Shown here piece by piece: positions 54,509-64,000 of a stretch of DNA of 64,000 nucleotides (positions are counted from its first letter, which is position 1; every line of letters begins with the position of its first letter). The translations under genes were made by a program, and so were the position numbers. The notes beneath the pieces were generated by a model, which was not told the DNA's origin, did no database searches, and saw only the letters and a program-made list of their open reading frames with translations. The stretch lies in NCBI GenBank assembly GCA_963676565.1, contig OY781089.1, positions 2,048,001-2,112,000 of the forward strand, read 5' to 3'. The DNA comes from Halarcobacter sp. GTDB taxonomy: Bacteria; Campylobacterota; Campylobacteria; Campylobacterales; Arcobacteraceae.

Positions 54509-57346
54509 TTATACCTTTTTATCTAGTGGTAGTTCAATTTGGAAATTCGCACCATCTTCTGCATTTGATACTAGAAGTTTTCCATTACAATGTTCATTTA
54601 TTATGATTTTACTCATATAAAGGCCAAGACCAGTTCCATCCTTTTTTGTTTTTGTGGAGAAATATGGATCAAAAATCTTTTCTTTAACTGATTTATTAAT
54701 CCCCCCAGCATTGTCAATAATTTCTATAATTGCCTTTGAATTATTTTTTTTGTAGGTTTTCACTGTTATTTGTTTAGTTTTTATATTGTCATTTTCATTT
54801 AATGCATCTTCTGCATTTTTTAATATATTTAAAATAACTTGTTGTAATTCAGAAGGGTATGAGTATATCTCTATTGTTTCGTCTAATTGTTTTTCTAATC
54901 TTATTCCATTTGAGTCAAGGGCAGTATTAATTAGATACAAAGACTTATTGATAACTTGATTTAATTTAAAACAAACCTTTTCTTTATCTGTTTTAAAGAA
55001 GTTTCTAAAGTCATCAATTGTAGATGAAAGATGTTGTGAATATTCAGTAATAAGTTTTAGTTCATTATCGAAATATTTCTTATCAATATTATCACTTAAC
55101 ATCATTTTCAATATTAGATTATTTGTTGTTGCCGAAATAGCTGATAGGGGTTGTCTCCATTGATGTGCAATCATAGAAATCATTTCACCCATTTGAGCTA
55201 ATCTACTTTGTTGAACTAATCTTTGAGTATTTATCTCATTCTTTTTTATCTCTTCATTAACTCTTTTTTCTAGATTTGAATTTAAATCTTCAAGTTTTTG
55301 TTCAAGATTCTTTCTACTAGTAATATCTCTTAATACAGTATGTAAAAAAAGTTTACTTTCAATCTCAATTGAAGTAAATACAATTTCTGCCCATATATCT
55401 GATTGAGCAGCATCTGTTAAAACTAACTCAAAACTTACAACCCCATCATTTAATGCTTCATTCATATGTTTTTTTATGATTGTTTCTGAGATTTGGGAAT
55501 ATGGTTGCATAACAGGAGCTAAATTCTCAAGGGTATTATTGATTATTTCTGATTCATTAAACTTTAAAATCTTTAATGTAGCTTCATTACAGCTTGTAAT
55601 AATCCCATCTCTAATTAAAATAACACCATCTGCTGATTTTGTATATAAAGTTTCAAAAAGAAGTTTTTGTTTTTCTAATTCTTTTGTCTTTTTTTCAATC
55701 TCTTCATTTGCCAAGGTAAGATTCTTATTTAATTTATCTAACACATAGTGTCTATATGAAAAAATTAAAATCAAGAATAAAAGTGTAGATACAATTTCCC
55801 AAAAATATTCATAATCAACAATCGATTTATAATTTATAGATGAAGCTGTCCATTTACTAAATATCTCTCTTCTTTCTATTTGTGAAATATTATTTATAGA
55901 TTTATTTAAAATAGATAGTAGTAGTTTATTATCTTTTGAAACTGCCATATGAACTGTAAAAGGCATATTTGTGTATCTTGATATGTATAAATTTTTCAGT
56001 GCATAATTAGAGATATAATATGAAGCAATAGGTAATGGTTCTAAGGCAAAGTAAGCATTTCCTTTACTAACTGCTTCCAAAGATTCTCTATTTGTGTTAG
56101 TTTCAATTACTTTTAAATCAGGATGGGATGATTTTAAAACTTGGATTATTTTAGAGTCTTTTCTTTTGGCTATAGTTTTATCTAGAAGATCTTCTAAACT
56201 TGCTGCTACAGGTTTGTTTTTTTGAGTTATTATTGCTAGTTTATAACTTAAAAAAGGTTTTGTTACAGTTGCAAAATCAATTAAATCTTCACTTCTTGTA
56301 ACCGAAGAAATAAGATCACATTTGCCCCTTTTTAAAAAACTCTTAGCTTCTTCCCAAGACTTAGTTTTAACTGGCAGAAACCTCATATTAGTTTTATCAG
56401 TAATGTTTTTTAGTATATCAATTGAAATTCCCTGAAATTTACTATTTTCAAGAAATTCAATAGGTTTTAAATCTGCTATATTACACATTTTAAAGATTTT
56501 TCTTGAATTAATATATTTAATCTCATTGCTATTTAAAAAGTTTGAAGAGTTATTACTATTAAGTATATCTTTTACTCCAAACCATTTTCTTTTTAAAGCT
56601 AAAATCTCTTCATCAGTAACACTTTTTTGAGCCTTCTCCAAAATATCTCTTAATATAGTTTTATCTTTTGAGGTACCTATTCTAATTAAACTCACCATTC
56701 TATTATCATCAACATAGTTTGTAGGCACAACCCCTGAGATATTATTTAGGGTTATTACATAATCAATTACATTTTTCTTCCCAATAGTTGCATCTGCATT
56801 ACCTAAAGATAGAACTTTCAAACATTCTAATGTATCTTTAACTAATATTTGTTTTATTTTGGGATAATATTTTGCAATAGCTTTTTGTGCAAAAAAACCT
56901 TTAGGCATAACTAAAGTTTTACCCTCTAACTTTTCAAGACTATCTAAATATTCATTTCCTCTTTTTACATATATTGCATTTGCTGCTGTATGAAAAATTG
57001 AGGTAAAGGCTATTGTTTTTGCTCTTTGTTCATTTTTTGAGATATTAATTATTGCATCTATTTTATCTTCTTGCAACATATTCATAAACTCATCCCATGA
57101 AGGTCCAGTAATATATTTAACATCTATATTTAGCTTTTTAGCTAAAAGATTCATATAATCAATTGAAAAACCTTTCGGTTGGCCGTTTTCATTGAAGTTA
57201 TAAGGGGGCCAGTTAAGTTCATTGTGTAATCTTATTGGTGAATTGTTTTTTAAAAAATCTTTTTCTTCAGGAGTTAGATTTATCTCTTGTGAGAATAAAA
57301 AAATATTAGTTAATATTAGTATAAAGATAAGTCTTAAAAATTTCAT
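54509..57346 (-). CDS. Sensor histidine kinase (two family-3 PBP domains, TM, PAS, kinase core)
   Basis: NWPPYNF, IAHQWRQP, DNAGG and GTGLGL. Confidence 0.9.
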   Translation of the reverse strand: MKFLRLIFILILTNIFLFSQEINLTPEEKDFLKNNSPIRLHNELNWPPYNFNENGQPKGFSIDYMNLLAKKLNIDVKYITGPSWDEFMNMLQEDKIDAIINISKNEQRAKTIAFTSIFHTAANAIYVKRGNEYLDSLEKLEGKTLVMPKGFFAQKAIAKYYPKIKQILVKDTLECLKVLSLGNADATIGKKNVIDYVITLNNISGVVPTNYVDDNRMVSLIRIGTSKDKTILRDILEKAQKSVTDEEILALKRKWFGVKDILNSNNSSNFLNSNEIKYINSRKIFKMCNIADLKPIEFLENSKFQGISIDILKNITDKTNMRFLPVKTKSWEEAKSFLKRGKCDLISSVTRSEDLIDFATVTKPFLSYKLAIITQKNKPVAASLEDLLDKTIAKRKDSKIIQVLKSSHPDLKVIETNTNRESLEAVSKGNAYFALEPLPIASYYISNYALKNLYISRYTNMPFTVHMAVSKDNKLLLSILNKSINNISQIERREIFSKWTASSINYKSIVDYEYFWEIVSTLLFLILIFSYRHYVLDKLNKNLTLANEEIEKKTKELEKQKLLFETLYTKSADGVILIRDGIITSCNEATLKILKFNESEIINNTLENLAPVMQPYSQISETIIKKHMNEALNDGVVSFELVLTDAAQSDIWAEIVFTSIEIESKLFLHTVLRDITSRKNLEQKLEDLNSNLEKRVNEEIKKNEINTQRLVQQSRLAQMGEMISMIAHQWRQPLSAISATTNNLILKMMLSDNIDKKYFDNELKLITEYSQHLSSTIDDFRNFFKTDKEKVCFKLNQVINKSLYLINTALDSNGIRLEKQLDETIEIYSYPSELQQVILNILKNAEDALNENDNIKTKQITVKTYKKNNSKAIIEIIDNAGGINKSVKEKIFDPYFSTKTKKDGTGLGLYMSKIIINEHCNGKLLVSNAEDGANFQIELPLDKKV

Positions 57347-57411
57347 AGTTCACTTTTGATTTAATTTTTAATTATTGTAACAAAAAATAGTCTCTTAACT
57401 GTCTCATTGAA

Positions 57412-58149
57412 CTATAGAATTTTTTTATATTTTAACTTATATCCATGTCCATAAATTGATTCAAATAATTCATAATCAAGTTTTTGTTTTAATCTTGACA
57501 TTAGGTTTCTTACTCTTTTAGAGCTTGTTGAGTATTCATCAAAAATATAGTTTTCAATCTCATCATAAGTTTTTAATGACCCCTTAGTTGATATAAATAG
57601 GGTAAATAGCTTAATTTCTGATTTTGTTAATTTTATCTCTTCTTCATCTTTAAATAATAAAGAATCTTCTGTATTCCATAAAAAGTCATTTTCAAGATTG
57701 ATAATATGATTGTTTATTGTTTTTAGTTTGTTCTTTTCAATTATTTTAGATAAAGAGTTAGATATCTGATCTATTGAATATGGTTTTAATATATACCCAT
57801 CAATTCCAGCATTAATTGTTTGTAGAAAATACTCAGTATTACTATGGGCAGAAAAAATTAAAATAGGTATATCTTTATCAAGTTCTCTAATTTGATTAAT
57901 CATAGTTATACCATCTTTTACAGGCATCTCAATATCAGTAATAATTAAATCAAAAGAAGAAGATTCAAATTTGTTTTTTGATTTAAATAAATTAAGGCCT
58001 TCATTACCATTTGTAGCAATTACAATATTATCAAAAAATACATCAAGCATTTTTAATGTTTGATTTCTAACATCATTGTTATCTTCTATATAAAGGGTAT
58101 TTAGACTTTTTGTGATATCAATTATTTTCTTTAAATTATCATGGTTCAT
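57412..58149 (-). CDS. OmpR-family response regulator
   Basis: DLIITDIEMP receiver; LTKSE...RL..KL...ESIYG.GY winged helix. Confidence 0.92.
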   Translation of the reverse strand: MNHDNLKKIIDITKSLNTLYIEDNNDVRNQTLKMLDVFFDNIVIATNGNEGLNLFKSKNKFESSSFDLIITDIEMPVKDGITMINQIRELDKDIPILIFSAHSNTEYFLQTINAGIDGYILKPYSIDQISNSLSKIIEKNKLKTINNHIINLENDFLWNTEDSLLFKDEEEIKLTKSEIKLFTLFISTKGSLKTYDEIENYIFDEYSTSSKRVRNLMSRLKQKLDYELFESIYGHGYKLKYKKIL

Positions 58150-58229
58150 ATTAATCCTCTTTATTTATATAATTATACTAAAAAAAAGTTAAATTATCTG
58201 AAAGATTATTATATTTTTGAAAAGAGGAG

Positions 58230-58255
58230 ATAACTAGGTCAAGAGACCTAGTTAT
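58230..58255 (-). terminator. Hairpin after ccsBA
   Basis: ATAACTAGGTC-AAGA-GACCTAGTTAT. Confidence 0.7.
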
Positions 58256-61062
58256 TATTTTGTTTTATTTAAGTTATCTTTTAAATCTTGATTCTTATAT
58301 GCAAGAGCAATTGTAACGAATACACCAGCTGTAACATAATATACCCACATTGGAATAGGAACTGGATCTCCCGTTGCATATGAGTGTAGTCCTGAAAGAT
58401 AGAAGTTTACACCAAAATAAGTCATAAGAATACTACTAAATGCTAGTAATGAAGCTACTGCAAAAACAAACGGAGTATTTAATCCTTTAACAAATCTTAA
58501 GTGTACAACTAAAGCATAAATCACAATTGAAACATATGCCCATGTTTCTTTTGGATCCCATCCCCAATATCTACCCCAAGATTCATTTGCCCAAACTCCA
58601 CCTAAGAAGTTACCTATAGTAATGGCACTTAATCCAACAATTAGTGCAATTTCATTAATTGCTGTAATGTGCTTAATTGTTTCATCTAAGTGAGGTCTAC
58701 CTTTTCTAAAGATAAATAAAACTAAGGCTAAGAAACCTAAAATTGCACCAAGTCCAAAGAAACCATATGAAGCAGTTAAAATAGATACGTGAATTGTTAA
58801 CCAATATGATTTAAGAACAGGAACTAAATTTGTAATTTGTGGGTCAATAGTTGTTAAGTGAGCAGTAAACATAAAGATTGCTGCAACAATTACACCTGCA
58901 CTTAATGCAAGTAAAGATTTTCTAAAGAAAACAACTGCTGCAAAAACTGCTGACCATGAAATATACAACAATGATTCATATGTATCTGACCAAGGTGCGT
59001 GTCCTGATATAATCCATCTAAATCCCATCCCAAATGTGTGAGCTGCAAATAAAAGTCCTAAAATAATAAAGAAAAATAAAGTTGTTTTTCTAGGTTTGAT
59101 TTTTGGGTTAAATACCACAATAAAGGCAGCAATTAATATAATGAATCCTAAGAAAAGGTAAGCTAGTGTTAATTTAGGAAAAATATTTAATTTATTAAAC
59201 ATAATCTCATTATCAATTTCACTTTGTTTTGGCATTACTTCAGAGCCAACTTGTGACTGGTAATCAATTATCATACTAATAAACTTATTAGCTAACTCAA
59301 AATTTTCAGAACCAACTGAGTTAACAAAACCTCTTATTAAAGATTCAATTGCTTTTTGATTATCACCTTTGAATGTTCTAATTGCATCAAGTGGTGAATA
59401 CCATGTGTTATTATCATTTGCTCCTACTTGTGGGAACATTTTAAATAATGTACCATTATAAACCATATATGCAATATTTAATTTTTCATCTAGTTTAATA
59501 ATATCTTTTTCAAAAGTTCCCCTTTGATTTGGAGATAACATAGCTGCTTTTTGTGCATGTTCTGTTAATATATATTTACCATCTTTAAATACTTGAGAAA
59601 AAGATATATATTTTTGATTAGCATCAATTCCCAAAATCTTTTTTAGTTTTGGTGTTTTAATTTTAATCATAGCAATATTTCTCCAAACCTCAGGTCTTGT
59701 CAACATACCTAAAACAATTTGGTCTGAATTCATACCAAATAAAGAGCTTTTTCCAGAAAGTTTATTTAAAATATCATGATTTAATGTATTAAGTGGTTTC
59801 ATTCTACCACCATTACTTTGTACTACAATTCTTGAAAACTTCTCAGCTGTTACTTCAGTTTTATTTTTAAAATTTTCTAAATAAGTGGCAACATTATTTT
59901 GAGAATTTTTAATATCTAAGCCGTGGTTATTTGTTTCTTCTGCCATAAGGTTTTGAGAAGAAAAAGTAAAGAATAGTGCAGTAAGAATTGCAGCTACATT
60001 TTTACTACTTACATATTTAGTTAGTTTCCAGAATCTTGATTTTTTATCAAAAAGGTTTAAAACTAATCCAAGTGTTAATAAAAAGTATCCTAAATATGTA
60101 GGCCACTTTCCTGGGTCATTATTTACTGACAAAATTGTTCCTTGTTCATCTTGGTCATAAGAACTTTGGAAAAATAAAAAGTTTCCTTCATGTAAAGTTC
60201 TATTCATAAATATTCTATAATCATAAGACTTGTCATTTTTTATAACAGTAACTTCTGATGCGTAAGAAGAGGGTGCCATACTTCCAGGATATCTATCAAG
60301 TTGGAAGTCTCTAAGTTTGATTGAAAATGGTAGTTCTAGCGTTTTTGAACCATATTCTAAAGCAATAACTGTGTCTTTAAAACCTTCAATTTTCTCAACA
60401 CCTGTTTGACCTCTTTTCCCTGGTAATCTAACTGTTCTTGTTTCTCCATCTAAAGTAACATCAACAATTAAAATACCCATTTCAGCTCGGCCTTTTTTAC
60501 TTACAATGTAATCTACATATTTTATATTTAAGTTTTTACCATCAAATTTAATATCATGATTAAACTTATTAGCTAGTTGTCCTAATGTTGCTACAACTCC
60601 AACTGTTTCACCAGCTTCCATACCTTTTCTTAAGCTTGAAGCAGCAAATTCATGTTGGTATTCTTTGTAATAACTTTTATCTTTTTGTTTGATTTTTACT
60701 TGTAAATAAGGTTCTAATGAAATCATTCTATTTTCAGTTTGACCTTCTCTGATATGAACAATCCCTTCATAACCAATATATCTAGTAACAGCTGCACCTA
60801 TTAAAATAACTACAAACGATGCGTGAAAAATAAATCTTGGTGTATTTTTCCACATTTTAAATTTAATAATAATACATATTAAATTTACTGTCATTAAAAC
60901 TAAAGCAGTTTCGTACCAAATGTTGTTATATACAAGTACTCTTGCTGTAGAAGTACCATAATCATTCTCAATGAATGTTGCAACACCTGCCCCTACAGCG
61001 AGTATTGCGAATAAAATCAGTGTTGTCTTAAAGGAAAATAAGACATTTGTCAGCGCTTTCAA
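58255..61062 (-). CDS. ccsA: Fused system II cytochrome c synthase (CcsBA/NrfI type)
   Basis: WANESWGRYWGWDPKETW WWD motif, GLHSYA, N-terminal ResB-like region. Confidence 0.93.
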   Translation of the reverse strand: MKALTNVLFSFKTTLILFAILAVGAGVATFIENDYGTSTARVLVYNNIWYETALVLMTVNLICIIIKFKMWKNTPRFIFHASFVVILIGAAVTRYIGYEGIVHIREGQTENRMISLEPYLQVKIKQKDKSYYKEYQHEFAASSLRKGMEAGETVGVVATLGQLANKFNHDIKFDGKNLNIKYVDYIVSKKGRAEMGILIVDVTLDGETRTVRLPGKRGQTGVEKIEGFKDTVIALEYGSKTLELPFSIKLRDFQLDRYPGSMAPSSYASEVTVIKNDKSYDYRIFMNRTLHEGNFLFFQSSYDQDEQGTILSVNNDPGKWPTYLGYFLLTLGLVLNLFDKKSRFWKLTKYVSSKNVAAILTALFFTFSSQNLMAEETNNHGLDIKNSQNNVATYLENFKNKTEVTAEKFSRIVVQSNGGRMKPLNTLNHDILNKLSGKSSLFGMNSDQIVLGMLTRPEVWRNIAMIKIKTPKLKKILGIDANQKYISFSQVFKDGKYILTEHAQKAAMLSPNQRGTFEKDIIKLDEKLNIAYMVYNGTLFKMFPQVGANDNNTWYSPLDAIRTFKGDNQKAIESLIRGFVNSVGSENFELANKFISMIIDYQSQVGSEVMPKQSEIDNEIMFNKLNIFPKLTLAYLFLGFIILIAAFIVVFNPKIKPRKTTLFFFIILGLLFAAHTFGMGFRWIISGHAPWSDTYESLLYISWSAVFAAVVFFRKSLLALSAGVIVAAIFMFTAHLTTIDPQITNLVPVLKSYWLTIHVSILTASYGFFGLGAILGFLALVLFIFRKGRPHLDETIKHITAINEIALIVGLSAITIGNFLGGVWANESWGRYWGWDPKETWAYVSIVIYALVVHLRFVKGLNTPFVFAVASLLAFSSILMTYFGVNFYLSGLHSYATGDPVPIPMWVYYVTAGVFVTIALAYKNQDLKDNLNKTK

Positions 61063-61200
61063 TTGTTGTCCTTTGTGTTTGTAAAAAATTCATAAATTAT
61101 ACAGTTGTAACATGGACTTTACGTGTAGAGTTCTACATAAATGTAAGATAAAACCATTAAACTTAAGTGATTTAAATATTTACTTTACTATAATTCCCAA

Positions 61201-62115
61201 ATGGATTTAGATATATTAAAAAAGAAAAAAGACGAATGTCGAAAATGGAAAAATGTAGAACCTTGGTATAACCAACTTCTAAAAGTTTCTGATTTAGAGA
61301 TTAAAAACCCAAAAATTGATTATGGTGATTGGTTTACAGTAGGGAAAAGAGAAAACTTAACGGATACAGAGTTTGCCTTACTTGAAGAAACTGCCAAAAA
61401 ACTTATTCCTTGGAGAAAAGGACCTTTTAATCTATTTGGTTTAGAAATAGATAGTGAATGGCAAAGTAATATTAAATACAATCTTATAAGACCACATTTT
61501 AATTTAAAAGATAAAGTTGTAGCTGATATTGGGTGTAATAATGGTTATTATATGTTTAGAATGCTTGAAGATAAACCAAAAAGACTAATTGGTTTTGATC
61601 CTAGTGCTTTAACTTTACATCAATTTGAATTTATAAACCATTTTGTAAAATCAGATATAATTTATGAGATGTTGGGAGTTGAACATTTAGAATACTATAA
61701 TCATAAATTTGATTTTATTTTTATGCTTGGTGTTTTATACCATAGACCAGATCCCGTTGGAACATTAAAATCTCTTGCTAGGGGTTTAAATTCTAAAGGT
61801 GAAATTTTAATTGATACTTTTATGATTGATGGAGAAGATGAGATTTGTTTAACACCTAATAAGAGGTATTCAAAAATTCCTAATATCTATTTTATACCTA
61901 CAATTTCTGCTTTGACAAATTGGCTTAGTCGTGCTGGTTTTGAGAATATAGAAGTTATTGCTACAACTACTACAACTAGTGAAGAACAAAGAAAAACTTC
62001 ATGGTCTTTTGATCAAAGTTTAGAAGACTTTTTAGATCCAAATGATAGAAATAAAACAGTTGAAGGGTATCCAGCTCCAAAAAGAGTTTATATGAAAGCT
62101 AGAAAGATACAATAA
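61201..62115 (+). CDS. cmoB: tRNA U34 carboxymethyltransferase
   Basis: PWRKGPF, IDSEW.S..K, DIGCNNGY, LGVLYH and EGYPAPKR. Confidence 0.95.
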   Translation: MDLDILKKKKDECRKWKNVEPWYNQLLKVSDLEIKNPKIDYGDWFTVGKRENLTDTEFALLEETAKKLIPWRKGPFNLFGLEIDSEWQSNIKYNLIRPHFNLKDKVVADIGCNNGYYMFRMLEDKPKRLIGFDPSALTLHQFEFINHFVKSDIIYEMLGVEHLEYYNHKFDFIFMLGVLYHRPDPVGTLKSLARGLNSKGEILIDTFMIDGEDEICLTPNKRYSKIPNIYFIPTISALTNWLSRAGFENIEVIATTTTTSEEQRKTSWSFDQSLEDFLDPNDRNKTVEGYPAPKRVYMKARKIQ

Positions 62116-62116
62116 T

Positions 62117-63091
62117 TTAGAATAAGTCTATTGTATCTTCAGGGCTTAAATCTTTATAGTTAAAATATTGACTTCTCCCTTTATTTTTTGCTTCATAAAG
62201 CGCAATATCAGCATTTTTTATTGTTTTATCAATGGTGTCATCAATTTGATCTCTTTTGAATACATCAACACCAACACAAACAGTTTTTTGTAAAAATTGT
62301 CCATTATCATGAACGGGTACTTTTACTTTACTAAAATCATCTATAATATTTTTACCAATTTTTTCAATATCATGTTCATTATTAGTACTTAACATTGATA
62401 TTAAAAATTCATCACCGGCAAGTCTTGCTACCATATCAAATTCAGAAATATTTGTGTGTATGATTTTTGCTAATTCAACTAAAACATGATCCCCTATATC
62501 GTGGTCAAATTCATCAATAATAGCTTTAAAATGGTCAACGCCAACCATAATAAAATAGATTTGTGTATAATCTTTTTTTGATAATTGAATTTGTTTGTTT
62601 AAGTTTTCAATCAAATAATGTCTATTGTAAACTTTTGTAACAGAATCTAAAGATAAAGTTTCTATAAAATTTTTCTTTATTATTCCATTTTGTAATATAG
62701 GGGAAATTTGAAATAATGCAGCTTCTATAACTTTATATTGTTGTGAAAGAACTTCGTGGTGTACTTTTGATGTAGCACTAAATGATACAATTGCATTTAA
62801 ATTAGTGTGAGTGTTTATTATAAAGAAGAAAGATAATTCATCATCTAAATAAAATTCATCACCTTCGATAAATATATTTTCTTTATTATTTCTTTCTATA
62901 TCAAACAATGAAAAGGTTACATTATCTACATTAAAATTTGTATGTAACCAAAGATATATATCCTCTGCCATTTGCTTTATATTTGAAGAATATTGAAGTT
63001 GATCATATAAATTATAAATTTTTTCAAGAGCTTCATATGAGTCTTTATTATTTGCCGCTTCTTTAATTAGTTCTAAAATATTATTTCTCAT
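62117..63091 (-). CDS. Degenerate GGDEF protein (AGDEF) with GAF-like N-terminus
   Basis: VGVDHFK, IDEFDH and RLAGDEF. Confidence 0.85.
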   Translation of the reverse strand: MRNNILELIKEAANNKDSYEALEKIYNLYDQLQYSSNIKQMAEDIYLWLHTNFNVDNVTFSLFDIERNNKENIFIEGDEFYLDDELSFFFIINTHTNLNAIVSFSATSKVHHEVLSQQYKVIEAALFQISPILQNGIIKKNFIETLSLDSVTKVYNRHYLIENLNKQIQLSKKDYTQIYFIMVGVDHFKAIIDEFDHDIGDHVLVELAKIIHTNISEFDMVARLAGDEFLISMLSTNNEHDIEKIGKNIIDDFSKVKVPVHDNGQFLQKTVCVGVDVFKRDQIDDTIDKTIKNADIALYEAKNKGRSQYFNYKDLSPEDTIDLF

Positions 63092-63099
63092 TTTCTTCC

Positions 63100-63969
63100 T
63101 TAAAATAACTCAATTGAATTATCGTTTTTCTTGAATTTGTAAAATTGACCTCTACCTAAGTTCTTCGCTTCATATAAAGCAATGTCTATAGACCTTAGTA
63201 TATCGCTGATTCTTTCTGCATCATCGGGGCAAATCAAAATACCTGTACATATTGTTTTCATTAAAGATTGTTTTGTATCTTCATTGATTATAACCTTTGC
63301 TTCCTTAAAATTATTTATTAACTTTTTAGCAATCATTATAGCATTATTTTCATTATGTATATTATGTAGTATAACTAAAAATTCATCAGAATCAAACCTT
63401 GCTATTAAATCTGACTCCCTAACACTATTTTTTAATATGTTAGAAAGTTCTTTTATAACTTCATCTCCAATTTCATAATCAAACTCATCTACAACAGCTT
63501 TGAAGTGATCTATTCCAATTTTTAAAAAAGCTAACTTTTTATTTTCTCTATTTACAAGGGGTAATATTGTTCTTAAATACTCATAAACATAATTTCTATT
63601 ATAAAGGCTTGTCAAAGGATCTTTCATAATAGTTTCTTCAAGTTTTTGTTCTAAAAACTTTGCATAAAGGGTTTGGGATAAAATACTAAAGATTTTTCTC
63701 AAATCATCATCATATTTAGTCTTTGATATATAATTGATTATTAAATCATCATCTTTATTTATTTTTACACTAATACAATTACTTTCTTTTTCTTCAACTA
63801 TATTTGTAAAGATGATTTTATTTTTTATTGCAATTGAAAAATTTTCTATTAAAAATAGATCTTTTAAAGCAATAGAGATATGATTGATTATTTCATCAAA
63901 ACTATTAATACAGATTAAATCTTCGTTTAATTTAATAAATGATTTTAAATTTTTATCTAAACTATTCAT
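63100..63969 (-). CDS. Degenerate GGDEF protein (DSDEF) retaining an RxxD I-site
   Basis: IGIDHFK, VDEFDY and RESD-LIARF-DSDEF. Confidence 0.85.
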   Translation of the reverse strand: MNSLDKNLKSFIKLNEDLICINSFDEIINHISIALKDLFLIENFSIAIKNKIIFTNIVEEKESNCISVKINKDDDLIINYISKTKYDDDLRKIFSILSQTLYAKFLEQKLEETIMKDPLTSLYNRNYVYEYLRTILPLVNRENKKLAFLKIGIDHFKAVVDEFDYEIGDEVIKELSNILKNSVRESDLIARFDSDEFLVILHNIHNENNAIMIAKKLINNFKEAKVIINEDTKQSLMKTICTGILICPDDAERISDILRSIDIALYEAKNLGRGQFYKFKKNDNSIELF

Positions 63970-64000
63970 ATTTCTCCTATAAATAGTTTTTCCAGTTTTC

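Overview
AT-rich chromosomal window, very probably from an Arcobacteraceae (Campylobacterota) genome. This is inferred from the Campylobacterota-type MCP, ccsBA and cmoB sequences, a true PDH complex and dense signal transduction. Core genes: ligA, thiC with a TPP riboswitch, fumC plus a class I fumarase, an Mla/Mce-type ABC system, pepD, lipA plus a lipoate ligase/octanoyltransferase, aceE-aceF-lpdA, ccsBA and cmoB. Signalling genes: 4 complete sensor kinases, 3 chemoreceptors, 3 GGDEF proteins and response regulators. The most notable region is 36.9-45.0 kb, an IclR-linked four-gene operon. It carries three different CitE/malyl-CoA-lyase-family domains (one degenerate and fused to an acyl-CoA ligase) and a mesaconyl-CoA-hydratase-like double MaoC protein. 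Downstream lie an unannotated 37-codon leader-like ORF and a DUF5718-type protein showing FAH-superfamily motifs. I cannot match this gene set to a described pathway; it may be a new C5-dicarboxylate/glyoxylate CoA pathway. Also found outside the ORF track: a collapsed IS256 relic, a two-hairpin sRNA/attenuator candidate, a 231-bp identical tract shared by aceF and lpdA, and operator-like repeats. No rRNA, tRNA or CRISPR array was seen. All family assignments come from motif recognition, not database searches.
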